Shown piece after piece: positions 63,092-64,000 of a DNA stretch of 64,000 nt; position 1 is the first letter of the stretch, and each line of letters starts with the position of its first letter. Where the stretch lies: the NCBI GenBank assembly GCA_002633005.1, contig NMRA01000075.1, positions 1 through 64,000 on the forward strand. Direction: 5' to 3'. This DNA comes from Phoronis australis (Eukaryota; Animalia; Phoronida). The position numbers and the translations under genes are program-made. Under the pieces are notes generated by a model. The model did not search any database. It was not told the DNA's origin and saw only the letters and a program-made list of their open reading frames with translations.

Positions 63092-64000
63092 TTAAAAAGA
63101 GAAAGCAACCTTTTTCATGTCATGTTTAGTAAAAATACGGTTCGTTGATTATCCCAGACATTTTTAAATTAATTACAGCTTCCAGTAATTTAATTAATTA
63201 GTCTTGCCCTATTCAGGAAGTGGCGTTTAGGGGGTTGAAAAATTCCGCCATTTTGTTTTCAAATACCTGTAGTCCGACTGTGTGAGCTGTCGAGTCAGTC
63301 ATTGTTTAACCTCGGTTGTGATAAGTTCGGCCGTCCAGTCAATCAACATGCAGCATGGTCACTGCGTACTGGGATGTGCTCATTATCGTCTCACGCGCAC
63401 TTTGCGGTATACCATTACATCGCTTTCCGAAAGATGACACACTCCAGAGTACTTGGCTCGTTCTTGTGAAGAATGCAACGTTATCCTATCGTGAAAGGTA
63501 CATAGCAGTGCAAATCACCGAGGATGTGGTAATCGTTTTCTGTCATTGGATTACGAAAGACATTTGTACGCGGAATTGATGAAGGTTCCTGCAAAACAAC
63601 GCCTGAAGAAGGATGCCATACCGTTGCTGTTGATTCCCGGCGGTGCTTTGTCACCACCCCCGAGAAGTGTATTTTTGAAGCGAGAAGCCTCGCGAGCTGT
63701 GGCCTCTACAGTGACTGGAGGCCCTTCATCTACTGTCACCCGTGCCTCCGAGTGTACCATAGAGCGTGCTATTCCAGGAACTAGCAGTGATTCGCCCTGT
63801 GCTGGTGTTGTCTCCAGCGCAAAGCCTGTCAGTATCCCTGCAGCGATGTTGAGTAGTGGGAGTGAATACCGGCACAGTTCGACACCCAGTTAGGAGGACA
63901 GCTCGTCGTCGAGTGAACAGGCCGTCACTCACGTCGCTGTGATACGGGTCGCCGGTCCCAGCCATTTTCAGGCTATTACAAACTAAACGATCCCCTAACG
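63092..64000 (+). mobile_element. THAP-domain transposon relic (Kolobok-like), running off the window
   Basis: Frameshifted HCVLGC...IPLHRFPKD..QSTWL...YERHLYAELMKVPAKQRLKKDAIP; possible degenerate TTAA-AxAGAGAAAGCAACC left end. Confidence 0.7.

Overview
AT-rich, intron-containing animal genomic DNA (invertebrate-like; taxon not determinable here) from a draft assembly with single-N contig joins and one 670-N gap. Genes: (1) a probably complete Shaw/Kv3-family K+ channel on the minus strand (ATG 54945 to about 33815) with a GC-AG intron and a TVP instead of PVP S6 gate; (2) four internal exons of eIF2A on the plus strand with two consecutive minor-spliceosome (U12) introns; (3) a minus-strand ankyrin gene built from tandem 676-bp one-repeat-per-exon units whose exons diverge faster than their introns, almost only by amino-acid-changing substitutions; (4) a tetraspanin first exon; (5) a spliced PB1/SAMD3-like gene relic. 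The rest is TE-rich: an APE-RT LINE with an HDV-like ribozyme at its 5' end, Penelope-like relics with minimal hammerhead ribozymes, Kolobok/THAP elements, an IS3EU-like element, a Helentron-type element, Harbinger, hAT5-like and pogo-like MITEs, L1 and CR1-group fragments, and microsatellites. All calls were made by eye; no database searches were run.
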